A DNA stretch of 58,194 bases from an uncultured Candidatus Saccharibacteria bacterium (GCA_964428845.1 CAYRZH010000001.1:1-58194); one strand, 5' to 3'. Shown: positions 27,560 to 36,947, counted from the first letter of the stretch. Notes: generated by a model not told the origin, from the letters alone. A program made the numbers and translations.

Positions 27560-29509
27560 TTACTTCTGATGCTCAATATCCTTCTTTTTCTTCGGTACAA
27601 TGCCGCTCGCGATAAGTAATTTCTCGAAATCATCCCGCTCGATGGTTTCGACTTCGATGAGTTTTGCAGCGATAGCGTTCAGGGCCTTGCGATGTTTTGT
27701 AATTATCTGGGTAGCCTTTGCGAAAGCCTCGTTCATTATTTTCGCCACTTCTGCGTCTATAAGATCACCGACCTTATCCGAATATTCCCTATCAGACACC
27801 ACTCCCTTCCCAAACATCACCCGACCATCTCCACTTTCCAGAGCCACAGGGCCGATTTTCTCCGACATTCCATATTTTGTGACCATATCACGTGCCAAAG
27901 CTGTTGCGACCTGAAGATCGTTTGACGAGCCAGTGGTAAGATCTCCAAAAATATTTTTCTCCACAACGTATCCGCCAAGCGAGACCGCGATGTCATCCAA
28001 AAATTCTTTATTTGACTGGAGTTTGCGCTCTTCTGTTGGAAGCTTCAGTGTGTAGCCAGCAGCGCGACCGCGAGAAATTATTGAAATTTTGTGGACTGGG
28101 TCAGCATAAGGAAGCACCGACGAGACAAGGGCATGGCCAGCCTCGTGGTAGGCAGTGATTTCTTTTTCTTTTTTCGAAAGGAGATGACTTTTTCTCTCCG
28201 GCCCGAGCATCACCTTCTCGATAGAGCGGATAAGGTCGTACTGCGAAACTTTTGTGCGATTTTCGCGCGCCGCAAGGATCGCCGCTTCATTCATAAGCGA
28301 GTAAAGATCGGCGCCGGAAAAGCCCGGCGTGCGCTCGGCAATGACTTTCAAATTTACATCCTCCGTAAAAGATTTGGATCTTCCGTGTATTACCAAAATC
28401 TCTTCACGGTCGGCTCTATCTGGAAGATCGAGAATGACTCGGCGGTCGAAACGGCCTGGGCGAAGCAGGGCTGGATCGAGAACATCGGGTCTGTTGGTAG
28501 CAGCCATAACAATCACTTTTTCTGTCGGTTCAAAGCCGTCCATTTCGACGAGAATTTGATTAAGAGTTTGCTCGCGTTCGTCGTTGCCACCCCCAGCACC
28601 AGCTCCACGCACGCGTCCCACGGCATCGATCTCATCTACGAAAATAATGGCAGGCGACGACTGCTTGGCTAGCTTAAAAAGATCGCGGACGCGGGAAGCA
28701 CCGACGCCGACAAACATTTCCACGAACTCGGAACCGGAGATAGAGAAGAAAGAGACGCCGGCCTCACCTGCGACCGCGCGGGCAAGGAGGGTTTTTCCAG
28801 TCCCTGGTGCCCCCATGAGAAGCACGCCTTTAGGAATCCGCGCGCCGATATCAAAAAACTTTTTTGGATTGCGGAGAAAGTCCACGATTTCTTTAAGTTC
28901 CTCTTTAGCCTCTTTTACCCCAGCAATATCTTTAAAAGTGACACGCTGTTTTTTATCATCAGGAGAAATGAGGCGAGCTTTCGATTGACCAAATGTAAAG
29001 GCCTGCATCCCCGCCCCTTTCACCTGTCTCGTCATAAACCAAATGAAAAAGATTATGAACAAAATCGGTATCAAAATCGGAGCAAGACTCAAAACCCAAA
29101 AACCAAAACCACTTTGGGTTTTTATTTCTACAGTGACTTTGCCCAGCTCCTGCTCTCCAACACCATAATTTACCAATGTCTGCGTCAATGCTGTCGCCTC
29201 TTCTTTTTTCGACTGCTTCAAACTTTTGTCTGCATATTCGATATCGAGTGAGTCACCGCGAACGACAATCTTAGAAACAAGTCCTTTGTTTATATCTGCC
29301 GCAAGCTGGGAAAGTGCAATATCGTTTTTGGTTGCACCGATTCCGGAAATGAGCGAATAGAGACCGATGATGAGTATAAAAATAGCGGCCGCGGTAAGAA
29401 GATTCATCCAGAATCGGTTGCCTTGTGGAGGAAGCCCTTCCCTTCCCCCTCGCTTTTTCAAAACCACCTTTATTGGAGGCTTCTTTTTTTGTCCCATAGG
29501 ATTTGCCAT
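27560..29509 (-). CDS. ftsH: ATP-dependent Zn metalloprotease FtsH
   Basis: Two TM helices, [27 protein letters not shown]. Confidence 0.97.
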   Translation of the reverse strand: MANPMGQKKKPPIKVVLKKRGGREGLPPQGNRFWMNLLTAAAIFILIIGLYSLISGIGATKNDIALSQLAADINKGLVSKIVVRGDSLDIEYADKSLKQSKKEEATALTQTLVNYGVGEQELGKVTVEIKTQSGFGFWVLSLAPILIPILFIIFFIWFMTRQVKGAGMQAFTFGQSKARLISPDDKKQRVTFKDIAGVKEAKEELKEIVDFLRNPKKFFDIGARIPKGVLLMGAPGTGKTLLARAVAGEAGVSFFSISGSEFVEMFVGVGASRVRDLFKLAKQSSPAIIFVDEIDAVGRVRGAGAGGGNDEREQTLNQILVEMDGFEPTEKVIVMAATNRPDVLDPALLRPGRFDRRVILDLPDRADREEILVIHGRSKSFTEDVNLKVIAERTPGFSGADLYSLMNEAAILAARENRTKVSQYDLIRSIEKVMLGPERKSHLLSKKEKEITAYHEAGHALVSSVLPYADPVHKISIISRGRAAGYTLKLPTEERKLQSNKEFLDDIAVSLGGYVVEKNIFGDLTTGSSNDLQVATALARDMVTKYGMSEKIGPVALESGDGRVMFGKGVVSDREYSDKVGDLIDAEVAKIMNEAFAKATQIITKHRKALNAIAAKLIEVETIERDDFEKLLIASGIVPKKKKDIEHQK

Positions 29510-29593
29510 ACGGCGATTATACAGGAAATTTTTAGAAAGAAAAATTTGGGGCGAGCTCTGTTTTAAGAAGTAGCGTTTTGATATAGTTAGCGC

Positions 29594-30052
29594 GTGGCAG
29601 ACTTGGTACAAAACAAAAAAGCGACCCAGAACTACGAAATCATGGACACTTTCATTGCCGGGATCGAGCTTTTTGGCTTTGAAGTAAAAGCTCTCCGAGC
29701 ACATCTTGGAAAGTTGGACGGGGCGCATATCACGGTGCGCGGAGGTGAAGCGTACCTCATCGGGGCGTCTATTCCGGCTTTTCAGCCTAAAAATGCGCCG
29801 GCAGGATACGAGCCGACACGCAATCGCCGACTTCTTCTAAATAAAAAGGAGATTGGAGAACTTGCCGACGTAGAGTCGCGCGGAGGCAAAGGAGGCAACT
29901 TGACAATCATCCCCATTTCGATATATAATGTGGGTCGGTTTATAAAAATAAAGATCGCCAGCGCGCGCGGTCGCAAAAAGCACGATAAGCGAGAGGTAAT
30001 CAAGCGTCGCGACAGTGCTCGCGACGTCGAGCGCGAGCTTCGAGATCGTTGA
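29594..30052 (+). CDS. smpB: SsrA-binding protein
   Basis: NKKA..NY, AGIEL.G.EVKA, R.RRLLLNKKEI, RGRKKHDKR. Confidence 0.96.
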   Translation: MADLVQNKKATQNYEIMDTFIAGIELFGFEVKALRAHLGKLDGAHITVRGGEAYLIGASIPAFQPKNAPAGYEPTRNRRLLLNKKEIGELADVESRGGKGGNLTIIPISIYNVGRFIKIKIASARGRKKHDKREVIKRRDSARDVERELRDR

Positions 30053-30091
30053 AAATCAAAAGTAGGTGGTTCCCTCAATTGGGTTTTACGT

Positions 30092-30279
30092 GTTCGATAC
30101 AAAAAATGCTCCTCGAGAGCGTTCGCGGCCTCCAGCGCGGCCGCTCACTAATCCTCGGAAGATTTCTGTAAAGTTGGCCAGGCGGCTTATATAAGAAAAC
30201 AGATTTTATATGGCTGGCCAACTTGACAGACCATGCAAATCTTCCTGCGGACTCTCTCGTAGCATTTTTTGTATCGAAC
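30092..30279. repeat. 188-bp imperfect palindrome between smpB and ssrA
   Basis: 19-bp perfect arms 30092-30110 and 30261-30279; inner pairs GGAAGATTT/AAATCTTCC and AGTTGGCCAG/CTGGCCAACT. Confidence 0.85.
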
Positions 30280-30298
30280 GCCCCCAAGACCCCATCGA

Positions 30299-30703
30299 GG
30301 GGATGTCAGTTTTGACAAGGAAATCAAACTGATCGGTGCAAAGCAGAGCTCGAGTGACTCTCAAATCCGCTCGAAACACTAGGTGCAAACAATCTAGTTG
30401 CCAAAGCAAAGTCATTGGTTTCTCCATATTTTGGAAAGACCGACTTTGCCTTCGCTTACGCTTCGGCCTAAGCGACGTCGCGCTGGTCTCGTCTGAGAAA
30501 CTAGTTGCGGTGTCATAAACTTCAGACTGGAGCATGTTCCCTTCCCGGCTCATGCTCGAGACGTTTCGGGAATCGGTGCGTGGATGTTTTGTTTGTTTTA
30601 TAGTCCACGCCCCTAGATCCGCCTTCGGCGGAAAAAACATACTACGCTTTGTAGATTCAGATCGGTTTCTTTCTTGGACGCGAGTTCGATCTCGCCATCT
30701 CCA
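30299..30703 (+). ncRNA. ssrA: tmRNA
   Basis: 5' GGGGATG pairs with 3' CATCTCC-A; T-loop GAGTTCGATCTC; tag ORF GCC AAA..GCC TAA ending FAYASA; next to smpB. Confidence 0.93.
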
Positions 30704-30708
30704 CAACA

Positions 30709-30746
30709 AAAGAAAATGCCCGCATAAATGCGGGTGTTTTCTTTTG
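30709..30746 (+). terminator. Rho-independent terminator after ssrA
   Basis: AAAGAAAA-TGCCCGC-ATAAAT-GCGGGTG-TTTTCTTT. Confidence 0.75.
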
Positions 30747-30755
30747 TCTGACGTC

Positions 30756-30878
30756 GAGATGGCGAGATCGAAAGGCGGAGCGAATGCCGAGCGAGCACGC
30801 GAGGCCGCGAGCCGGGGTAGCGGAAATTTTCGAGCGACGGCGAGAAAATTATCCGTGACCAATCTCGCCATCTCCACA
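30756..30878 (+). repeat. Hairpin element with tmRNA-3'-end arms
   Basis: 30756-30772 is the exact reverse complement of 30685-30701; 30862-30878 is a direct copy of 30689-30705; GTGACC precedes the direct copy. Confidence 0.88.
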
Positions 30879-30976
30879 TTCATCCTTTTAGGATGCCACG
30901 GAGTATCGTGGCATCACAGAAATCAAACAAAATACCGCTCTAAATAGGCGGTTTTTTGTTGTTTAGGTTTCTAAAC

Positions 30977-31005
30977 TTGACATAAAACTTATGGTATGCT
31001 AGCAT
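30977..31005 (+). promoter_or_regulatory. Sigma70-type promoter
   Basis: TTGACA-17 nt-TAGCAT with an extended TG. Confidence 0.65.
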
Positions 31006-31399
31006 GTACTAACGAAATCACTGTTTGCGGCAACGCATTCGGGTGATAGGGTACCGAGTCATCGTTTGCAGATCGTGCACTCGGTGATGGAGATCTGGTC
31101 CTCTATGAGCAAGGCGACCCCTTGCTGTATGACCAGCGCTAACATGGGGAAAATAGCTTGTGCGTAAGCTACCCCAGGCGAAAAACGGGGCGTGGGACGC
31201 ATTCCCACCACCCCTTTTCAAACAAGCCGGGAGCTCGCGCGTGCGAGCCCCGGTTTTTTCTTTACAAAAGAAGCCAACTTGCGCTGGCTTCTGAAAGAAC
31301 TACTTAACTACAGCTTCAAACAATCACCGTTCCGAGCTGGAGACAGTCCGGGGCTCCGTGGACTGATCTGTCTCGGCGAGCTGTGTACTGATCCTGTAA

Positions 31400-31438
31400 G
31401 GGTCGCGCAAAATTTGCGAAGCAAATTTATGCGTGACC
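31400..31438 (+). repeat. 39-bp hairpin identical to 13291-13329
   Basis: GGGTCGCGCAAAATTTGCGAAGCAAATTTATGCGTGACC present at both loci. Confidence 0.95.
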
Positions 31439-31566
31439 AATCGAGCCATCTGTTCGGTTTTTAAACAGTTGACATAATAAATACTCATGATATAATACCA
31501 ATTAGAAGTCAGTTGCACGAGACCGAGCGTGGAATCGTGGCTGTATTAACAAAGAAGGAGAAAACA

Positions 31567-32196
31567 GTGAACGTTAAGAAACCGTCCGCCAACATGACTG
31601 CGTTCGTGCTCATCGCTTGTTCCACTTTGCTCGGCTTCATCTTCGGTCTCATCAAGGGTGAGGACAACCTCAACAGTGTCCAGTACGCCCTCGACAGCAT
31701 GATCGCCAAGGAGAGGGCTGCCACGGAACAGCGGCAGATCGTAAACGACCTTATGCGGGTCGCTCGGAACACGGATTTCCTCCGGGAAATGCCTCAAGAC
31801 CAAGCGATGCTCTGGACCACCATGGTCCAGATGGCAACTCCGAGTCCGGAAAGTTCAGCCACCACGGAGTGGAGTCCTGGCGTCGTACCGATCGCCGTTT
31901 CGATCAGCGAGCCAGAGACCGGCATTTCCTGTCACGTCATCGTCGGCACAGTCGACACGACCGGCATGAATAACTCCAACCTCCGATCGGTGTCGGTCAA
32001 ACCGTGCCTGGTCTACTACATCGGCGCAAGACCCGGTCAGACTTTCCGCTTCGACAACTTGAACAACATGTCGACGGCGAGGTACTACAGCGGTTACGGC
32101 ACAGGCTATGTCAGATTCGAACAGGATTTCGATCCTGCTCCGATGGCTGACATCACCAGGCGCCTTCTCACCACAAAGTTCATCGGCAACAACTGA
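31567..32196 (+). CDS. Hypothetical membrane-anchored protein
   Basis: AAGGAG before GTG; one TM helix; promoter TTGACA-16-TATAAT at 31469-31496; terminator near 32220-32250. Confidence 0.78.
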   Translation: MNVKKPSANMTAFVLIACSTLLGFIFGLIKGEDNLNSVQYALDSMIAKERAATEQRQIVNDLMRVARNTDFLREMPQDQAMLWTTMVQMATPSPESSATTEWSPGVVPIAVSISEPETGISCHVIVGTVDTTGMNNSNLRSVSVKPCLVYYIGARPGQTFRFDNLNNMSTARYYSGYGTGYVRFEQDFDPAPMADITRRLLTTKFIGNN

Positions 32197-32371
32197 TCAC
32201 ACAACACAGCAAAAGCTGCCGGCATCCCAAACGGGGTGCCGGTTTTTCTTTTTTAATTACTGGTTCTACGTAGCATTGACATACATACTACCATGTGCCA
32301 ATATAGCAGCTGGTAAACGGCGTTGATTCGTCCCGAAATCTGAGACAATACAGAAACAAAAGGAGATCGCC

Positions 32372-32800
32372 ATGTTCGAGTTCCGGGTAATTGTTGCCTT
32401 GAGAGACCTGGGCTGCTATTCGGGAATCATTGAGGCCCTTAAGGTTCTGTTTGAGAAAGTCCAAGAGCTCATGGACGAGAATCAAATGACTCAAATGGTC
32501 CTGGATGAGAGCATCTTCCTGGTTCTCAATCCTGGTCCGAACCAACGAATCATGACTTTTCATCAGGCCCGCGACTTCGCTTATGAAATTGGCGTGATAA
32601 CAAAAGCGCCAAAGCAAAAACCGCGATTCCATTTTGGGATTAAAGCACCGGCATCAGAGACTGTCGAAGGGGCGTTCAGTAGAGCGATGGAGGAGAATCT
32701 TGGCCACGCGGTTCAACAAATCGCCTTGAACATTTCAACAATTCTGAGAACCCCGAGGCGTGCGAGGGCAACGGCTCGATCGAAAGCCAAGCACAGGTAG
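32372..32800 (+). CDS. Hypothetical protein
   Basis: AAAGGAG RBS; ACCGCAA..TTGCGGT-T run downstream. Confidence 0.72.
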   Translation: MFEFRVIVALRDLGCYSGIIEALKVLFEKVQELMDENQMTQMVLDESIFLVLNPGPNQRIMTFHQARDFAYEIGVITKAPKQKPRFHFGIKAPASETVEGAFSRAMEENLGHAVQQIALNISTILRTPRRARATARSKAKHR

Positions 32801-32990
32801 AGGGATTGCCGGACACTCGATCCACCGCAAGAGATTCGCGAGATTCACACCTCCGAGACTATTGCGGTTTTTTCTTTCTCTCACCCTTGCATTTTCCCCC
32901 AAGATAAATCGTTAATTTGACAATTAAACATTATATTGTTATTATTCACCCGGAAGATTTTCGTTACCATCACACTCGTAAAAGGAGAAC

Positions 32991-33554
32991 ATGATGCGCG
33001 GGATTGTCCGAAATATCCTTGATAAGTGGGGAGAGGGGCTGTTTGCTTTTTCCATCATCGGCGGTTTGATTATCTGTGGTACCACCCTGGCCATTAGCTT
33101 GGCCTATGATCGGAACGACTTACAGAAGAAGCTCACCAACTGCAGTTTGAGGAAAATGCTCCCCAGCAAAGAACACGAGGTCACGCAAGGAAGCGCTTCT
33201 GGTTGGTTCTTTCTGTTTGCGGGACAGGCGAACGGTAGCTACAGCGAAACCACAGAGACAACTGTTACCTTCGCATGGGAATACAATGGTTCTTATGTGA
33301 TCAGCACTGTTCCACTCCAGAAGATGCGTGTCAGAATCTCTGATCTCGACACCGCCCCTCCGTCCGTCACCTTGGTCGTGAATAAGGGCGGATGCGGCTT
33401 CACTCTCGATGGGATTGGGAGTGAATTCAATAGTAACCAAAACGGATTCCTCGACAAGTTCATCGACTACGTTGAAGTAACTTGCCGTTCGGAAGACTGG
33501 CCAACAGAGATTTCCCTTCCGCTCCAGCGTGAACGAGTCAGTACTGCGAACTGA
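32991..33554 (+). CDS. Hypothetical membrane-anchored protein
   Basis: AAAGGAG RBS; one N-terminal TM helix. Confidence 0.75.
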   Translation: MMRGIVRNILDKWGEGLFAFSIIGGLIICGTTLAISLAYDRNDLQKKLTNCSLRKMLPSKEHEVTQGSASGWFFLFAGQANGSYSETTETTVTFAWEYNGSYVISTVPLQKMRVRISDLDTAPPSVTLVVNKGGCGFTLDGIGSEFNSNQNGFLDKFIDYVEVTCRSEDWPTEISLPLQRERVSTAN

Positions 33555-33679
33555 CTTTCCCAGTACAAAGCCCTTACCCCCGGTCCAACAAGGATTGGGG
33601 TTTTTCTTATCCTTGCCTTTTCCTGCAAAACGCCTAACATAATGTGCGGACTGGAGCATAAAAAACATAGGAGGCCCGT

Positions 33680-34120
33680 ATGAGCGATCCCATCATCATT
33701 TGGATTTCGATTGTATTCCTAATCTGTGCGGTGGTTTACCGCCTCATCGTCAGTAACACAACCAACAAATATGTCTATTTGAGATTCCTTGACCACGAAT
33801 CATGGAGTTCTGGATCGGCCCTAAGAGCCCAGATGGAGGGCTTGAGACGTAGAGTTATTGAAGCAGAGCGGGTCATTTCCTCACTTGAAAAACTCAAAAT
33901 CGAGGGTTTGGTTGAGGAAGCAATAGGCAATTCAAGCGTAGGGTCGTCGGTTTCCCCTGACGGACGACTTCTTCAGTACAAATATAGACTCACAGTTGCG
34001 GGAGTCAACAGGCTTCGTGGAATGAAACGGTCTAACAAGAGAACAGTCACTCTTGTGGTTGATAAGGGTCGAGCGGGCACAAGCACTGTAACACGCACAT
34101 CAAGAGCAAACCGCCCTTGA
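33680..34120 (+). CDS. TM helix + PadR-like winged-helix protein (paralog 1)
   Basis: TM then YLRFL..SW.SG..L..LEKLKIEGLVE..YRLTVAG; AGGAGG RBS. Confidence 0.72.
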   Translation: MSDPIIIWISIVFLICAVVYRLIVSNTTNKYVYLRFLDHESWSSGSALRAQMEGLRRRVIEAERVISSLEKLKIEGLVEEAIGNSSVGSSVSPDGRLLQYKYRLTVAGVNRLRGMKRSNKRTVTLVVDKGRAGTSTVTRTSRANRP

Positions 34121-34206
34121 TGTTTTTCTTTCCCCCCACCCTTGCATTTTCCCCCAAGATAAATAGCATAGACCCAGAACTCGCATATAAAAACAGGAGG
34201 TTTCAA

Positions 34207-34572
34207 GTGGGCAAGATTATCATCGCTTGGATTGCGCTCTTTATGGTCTTGGGTGTAATCGTATGGTGTCTATACAGAGGTGGATTTAGCACCAACGATT
34301 ACCTTAGACTGCTTGATCCCAAAAGCTGGAGACCAGGGTGGTACGTGAAAGAACTGATCGAGCGACGACAAAGAGGACGTATAGACTCGAGATTTGTACT
34401 TCTCGCCCTTCAGAAGCTCGTTGACGACGGCTTTGTCGACATGAGATTTATCTGGGATGAAGTTGCGCCGAAAGACGCTTCGTCAGACCTTCTACTTTCA
34501 AAGTCTAAGTTTAGACTTACCCCAAAGGGAGTTGCAAAACTAGACGACATGAGAAAAAGAGACAAAGAGTAA
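34207..34572 (+). CDS. TM helix + PadR-like winged-helix protein (paralog 2)
   Basis: TM then YLRLL..SWRPG..LQKLVDDGFVD..FRLTPKG; AGGAGG before GTG. Confidence 0.72.
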   Translation: MGKIIIAWIALFMVLGVIVWCLYRGGFSTNDYLRLLDPKSWRPGWYVKELIERRQRGRIDSRFVLLALQKLVDDGFVDMRFIWDEVAPKDASSDLLLSKSKFRLTPKGVAKLDDMRKRDKE

Positions 34573-34708
34573 CGCCACCCACATCGTACGCCCCCCGCGT
34601 TCGATGTTTTCTTTTGCTTTTTTTGACAAGACGTGTATTATACCGTCCAGTTCTGTACACTAGAAACATAACCCTTATCTCCCACGAGGAGAGATCGGAG
34701 AGATAATT

Positions 34709-35077
34709 GTGCTTATCGCCCTGCTTGTTGTTCTCATCGTGTTGGCAACCGGTGTGTGGTTATATTTAGGCCTCGTTGGAAGGTATGAGTATCTTGCCGC
34801 ACTGAGCTCCAATGAATGGAAATCAGGCGAACAAATAAGAGAAGAGATGGCAAAACTGAAAGGAAGGCGGTTTGGTCTGCGCGAAGTGTACCGTACCCTT
34901 AGAAGTTTGGTAGAAGATGGCCTTGTAGAAGAGCGCGCAGACGCCATCATACGACGAGGGAAACTTGGAATACAAGTCAAAGTCCACGAGTTCCGCCTGA
35001 CAAAATCAGGTATCAGCAAAAAAAGAGAGCTCGAAGCCATCCTTCCGAAACACATCGACCTCGGCACCCCAACCTGA
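34709..35077 (+). CDS. TM helix + PadR-like winged-helix protein (paralog 3)
   Basis: TM then YLAAL..EWKSG..VYRTLRSLVEDGLVE..FRLTKSG. Confidence 0.75.
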   Translation: MLIALLVVLIVLATGVWLYLGLVGRYEYLAALSSNEWKSGEQIREEMAKLKGRRFGLREVYRTLRSLVEDGLVEERADAIIRRGKLGIQVKVHEFRLTKSGISKKRELEAILPKHIDLGTPT

Positions 35078-35127
35078 ATATTAGTCTCCCCACATCGTAC
35101 GCCCCTGCGTTCGATGTTTTCTTTTTC

Positions 35128-36789
35128 TCATTCCCTAAAACTCTCCTGCTTAAAATTATTCTCCCAAAAATTTTCATCGCCGGTTTTTGTGGCGAAAAAT
35201 TTCTTTACCCGCCGCAGGTCTCCGCTCATCATCGCGTCGAACAAAAGCCTGGTGAAATATTTCGTCCCTTCCCCTCCCCCACCCCAGTATTCAAGGAATT
35301 TCATGGTTGGAATAACCACGTCCCAATTGAACTTCCTGACCGACTCAGGTAGGGTCGAAGCTTGAGTATTTTTTAAAGTAATCTCGTCAAGGAGGGCGTT
35401 CTCAAGTTGCGAGAGCGGGCCAATGCCGAATTTTTCAATCATTTCCCTCACCATCTCCGCCGCCTTTATAACCGTGATACCATCCATCATCAGGTTGAGG
35501 TTGATCTTCTGTGGTCCTAAAGCAGTCAAACTAGCCGAAGAATATGGCACACCATCTGCGTTTCTAAAATTGACCCCATATTGATACCTATAAACACTCG
35601 GCACAATATGTTTGGCTTCGGACGGATTCGCGGCATGTCGCTCACGTCGCCGCCAACTACGGTAAGTGGAACGGTGAATAGTATCGTGGGCAAAACTCCT
35701 CATAAACTCATAGACCGCCAGCCGCTTATCACTCACGATCTGGGCATTTACAAGCCCAACGTAAGCAGCATCAAAAAAATATTGATACCCAAGACTGATC
35801 TTGGAGTGAAAGCCCCCGATCTCGCCGCCTTCGTAAATCTCGGACACATAAAATCTCGTTGGATCAAAGATTGTGAGCTGTGAGGAATACCCCGGCAACA
35901 ATTCCTTGAAAAAATCCAGACACCGAACCAAGAAGTCGCGATCCAGACTTGAAGTGTTTATAGGGCTAGATACGATCTCGGCTACTCTCACAGCATCTTT
36001 ATATATACACATCTCCCTCGGGGAAACTGACCGAACACTCTTCGAGTATTGTTTTATGAACCCAATGTCTTCTTCGCTACCTTGGTAGTATTCATGAATA
36101 TTTTCCATAATCTGACCTCGGCCTTGGTTCTGGCCCCATTTCTGGTTTTTCTCTTGAGTTTGCCCCTGGCTCTGGCGCGGCAACCACTCACTACTTTTTG
36201 GCCGCCTAGCTAGGTATTCTAAGAGCCGAAGCTTGGTCGCGGGCGAAATTTTTACACTTGCAGGCTTCTTGTTCGCTCTTTGTCCTCCAGACAAAGCATT
36301 TCCCAACTCTTCTTCTCCCACCAGCACCACTTTTTCTATCTCAAAACTACTCCATTTCATCCGCCCCTTGTTTGATCGCTGTTCCGATCGCTCACTACCT
36401 ATTCCCCCAACAATACTCTCCAAGACATCTGCACCCACACACGCCGCAAAAACATAGATCGTGTCTTTTTTGTACTCACCATCATTTATATATTCTCCAA
36501 AGAACTCCAGTTCTTCTTCATTGAGATCGATCCCAAGCTCCTCTTTTATCTCTCGAAGTGCGCCGATGGCCGGTTCCTCATCTCGATGCAAACCCCCGCC
36601 AGGCAAATACCACAGCGGATCATAAGAATGTTTGACCAAAAGAAACCTCTCACGGAGCCCCGTTTCGGCACTTAACGCTCTGTCAGAATAAAGAATGACC
36701 CTGACTCCGCGAGTAGTGGGCCGAAAGATAAACCAGTAAAGTCGCCGGAGGGTTTGAATGATGATGGCTGGCAGATTTTGTATTTTCAT
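35128..36789 (-). CDS. NUDIX hydrolase fused through a Q-rich linker to an unknown domain
   Basis: PGGGLHRDEEPAIGALREIKEELG Nudix box; C-terminal region contains HDTIH. Confidence 0.75.
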   Translation of the reverse strand: MKIQNLPAIIIQTLRRLYWFIFRPTTRGVRVILYSDRALSAETGLRERFLLVKHSYDPLWYLPGGGLHRDEEPAIGALREIKEELGIDLNEEELEFFGEYINDGEYKKDTIYVFAACVGADVLESIVGGIGSERSEQRSNKGRMKWSSFEIEKVVLVGEEELGNALSGGQRANKKPASVKISPATKLRLLEYLARRPKSSEWLPRQSQGQTQEKNQKWGQNQGRGQIMENIHEYYQGSEEDIGFIKQYSKSVRSVSPREMCIYKDAVRVAEIVSSPINTSSLDRDFLVRCLDFFKELLPGYSSQLTIFDPTRFYVSEIYEGGEIGGFHSKISLGYQYFFDAAYVGLVNAQIVSDKRLAVYEFMRSFAHDTIHRSTYRSWRRRERHAANPSEAKHIVPSVYRYQYGVNFRNADGVPYSSASLTALGPQKINLNLMMDGITVIKAAEMVREMIEKFGIGPLSQLENALLDEITLKNTQASTLPESVRKFNWDVVIPTMKFLEYWGGGGEGTKYFTRLLFDAMMSGDLRRVKKFFATKTGDENFWENNFKQESFRE

Positions 36790-36947
36790 AACTCCACAAT
36801 ACAGATCGGTAATAAAGAATTGTTTAATAGAAAATAAATTTCGTTAAAAATCCTACTCTGTGAAACCTCACGCACCCTTGACTTTCCTAGGAAATAGATA
36901 TAATTCAGCGAGAACGGAGTAAAAAAACTCAACCGAAAGGAAGAAAC

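Noticed and set aside
30206-30947. ORFs of 225 aa and 137 aa over ssrA
   Set aside because: Antisense or overlapping frames of tmRNA and the hairpin element.
31100-31140. CTATGAG..stem as a hammerhead ribozyme
   Set aside because: No GAAA core strand after stem II.
31320-31400. GGAGACAGTCCGGGGCTCC as RNase P RNA or SRP RNA
   Set aside because: Lacks the downstream P4 partner (AGAA..CGGCTTA), the required length and the SRP GGAA/AGCAG domain.
32823-32870. CACCGCAA core plus a GATTCACACCTCCG tRNA-tail-like stretch
   Set aside because: Better explained as a terminator stem (ACCGCAA/TTGCGGT plus T-run); the similarity is too short.
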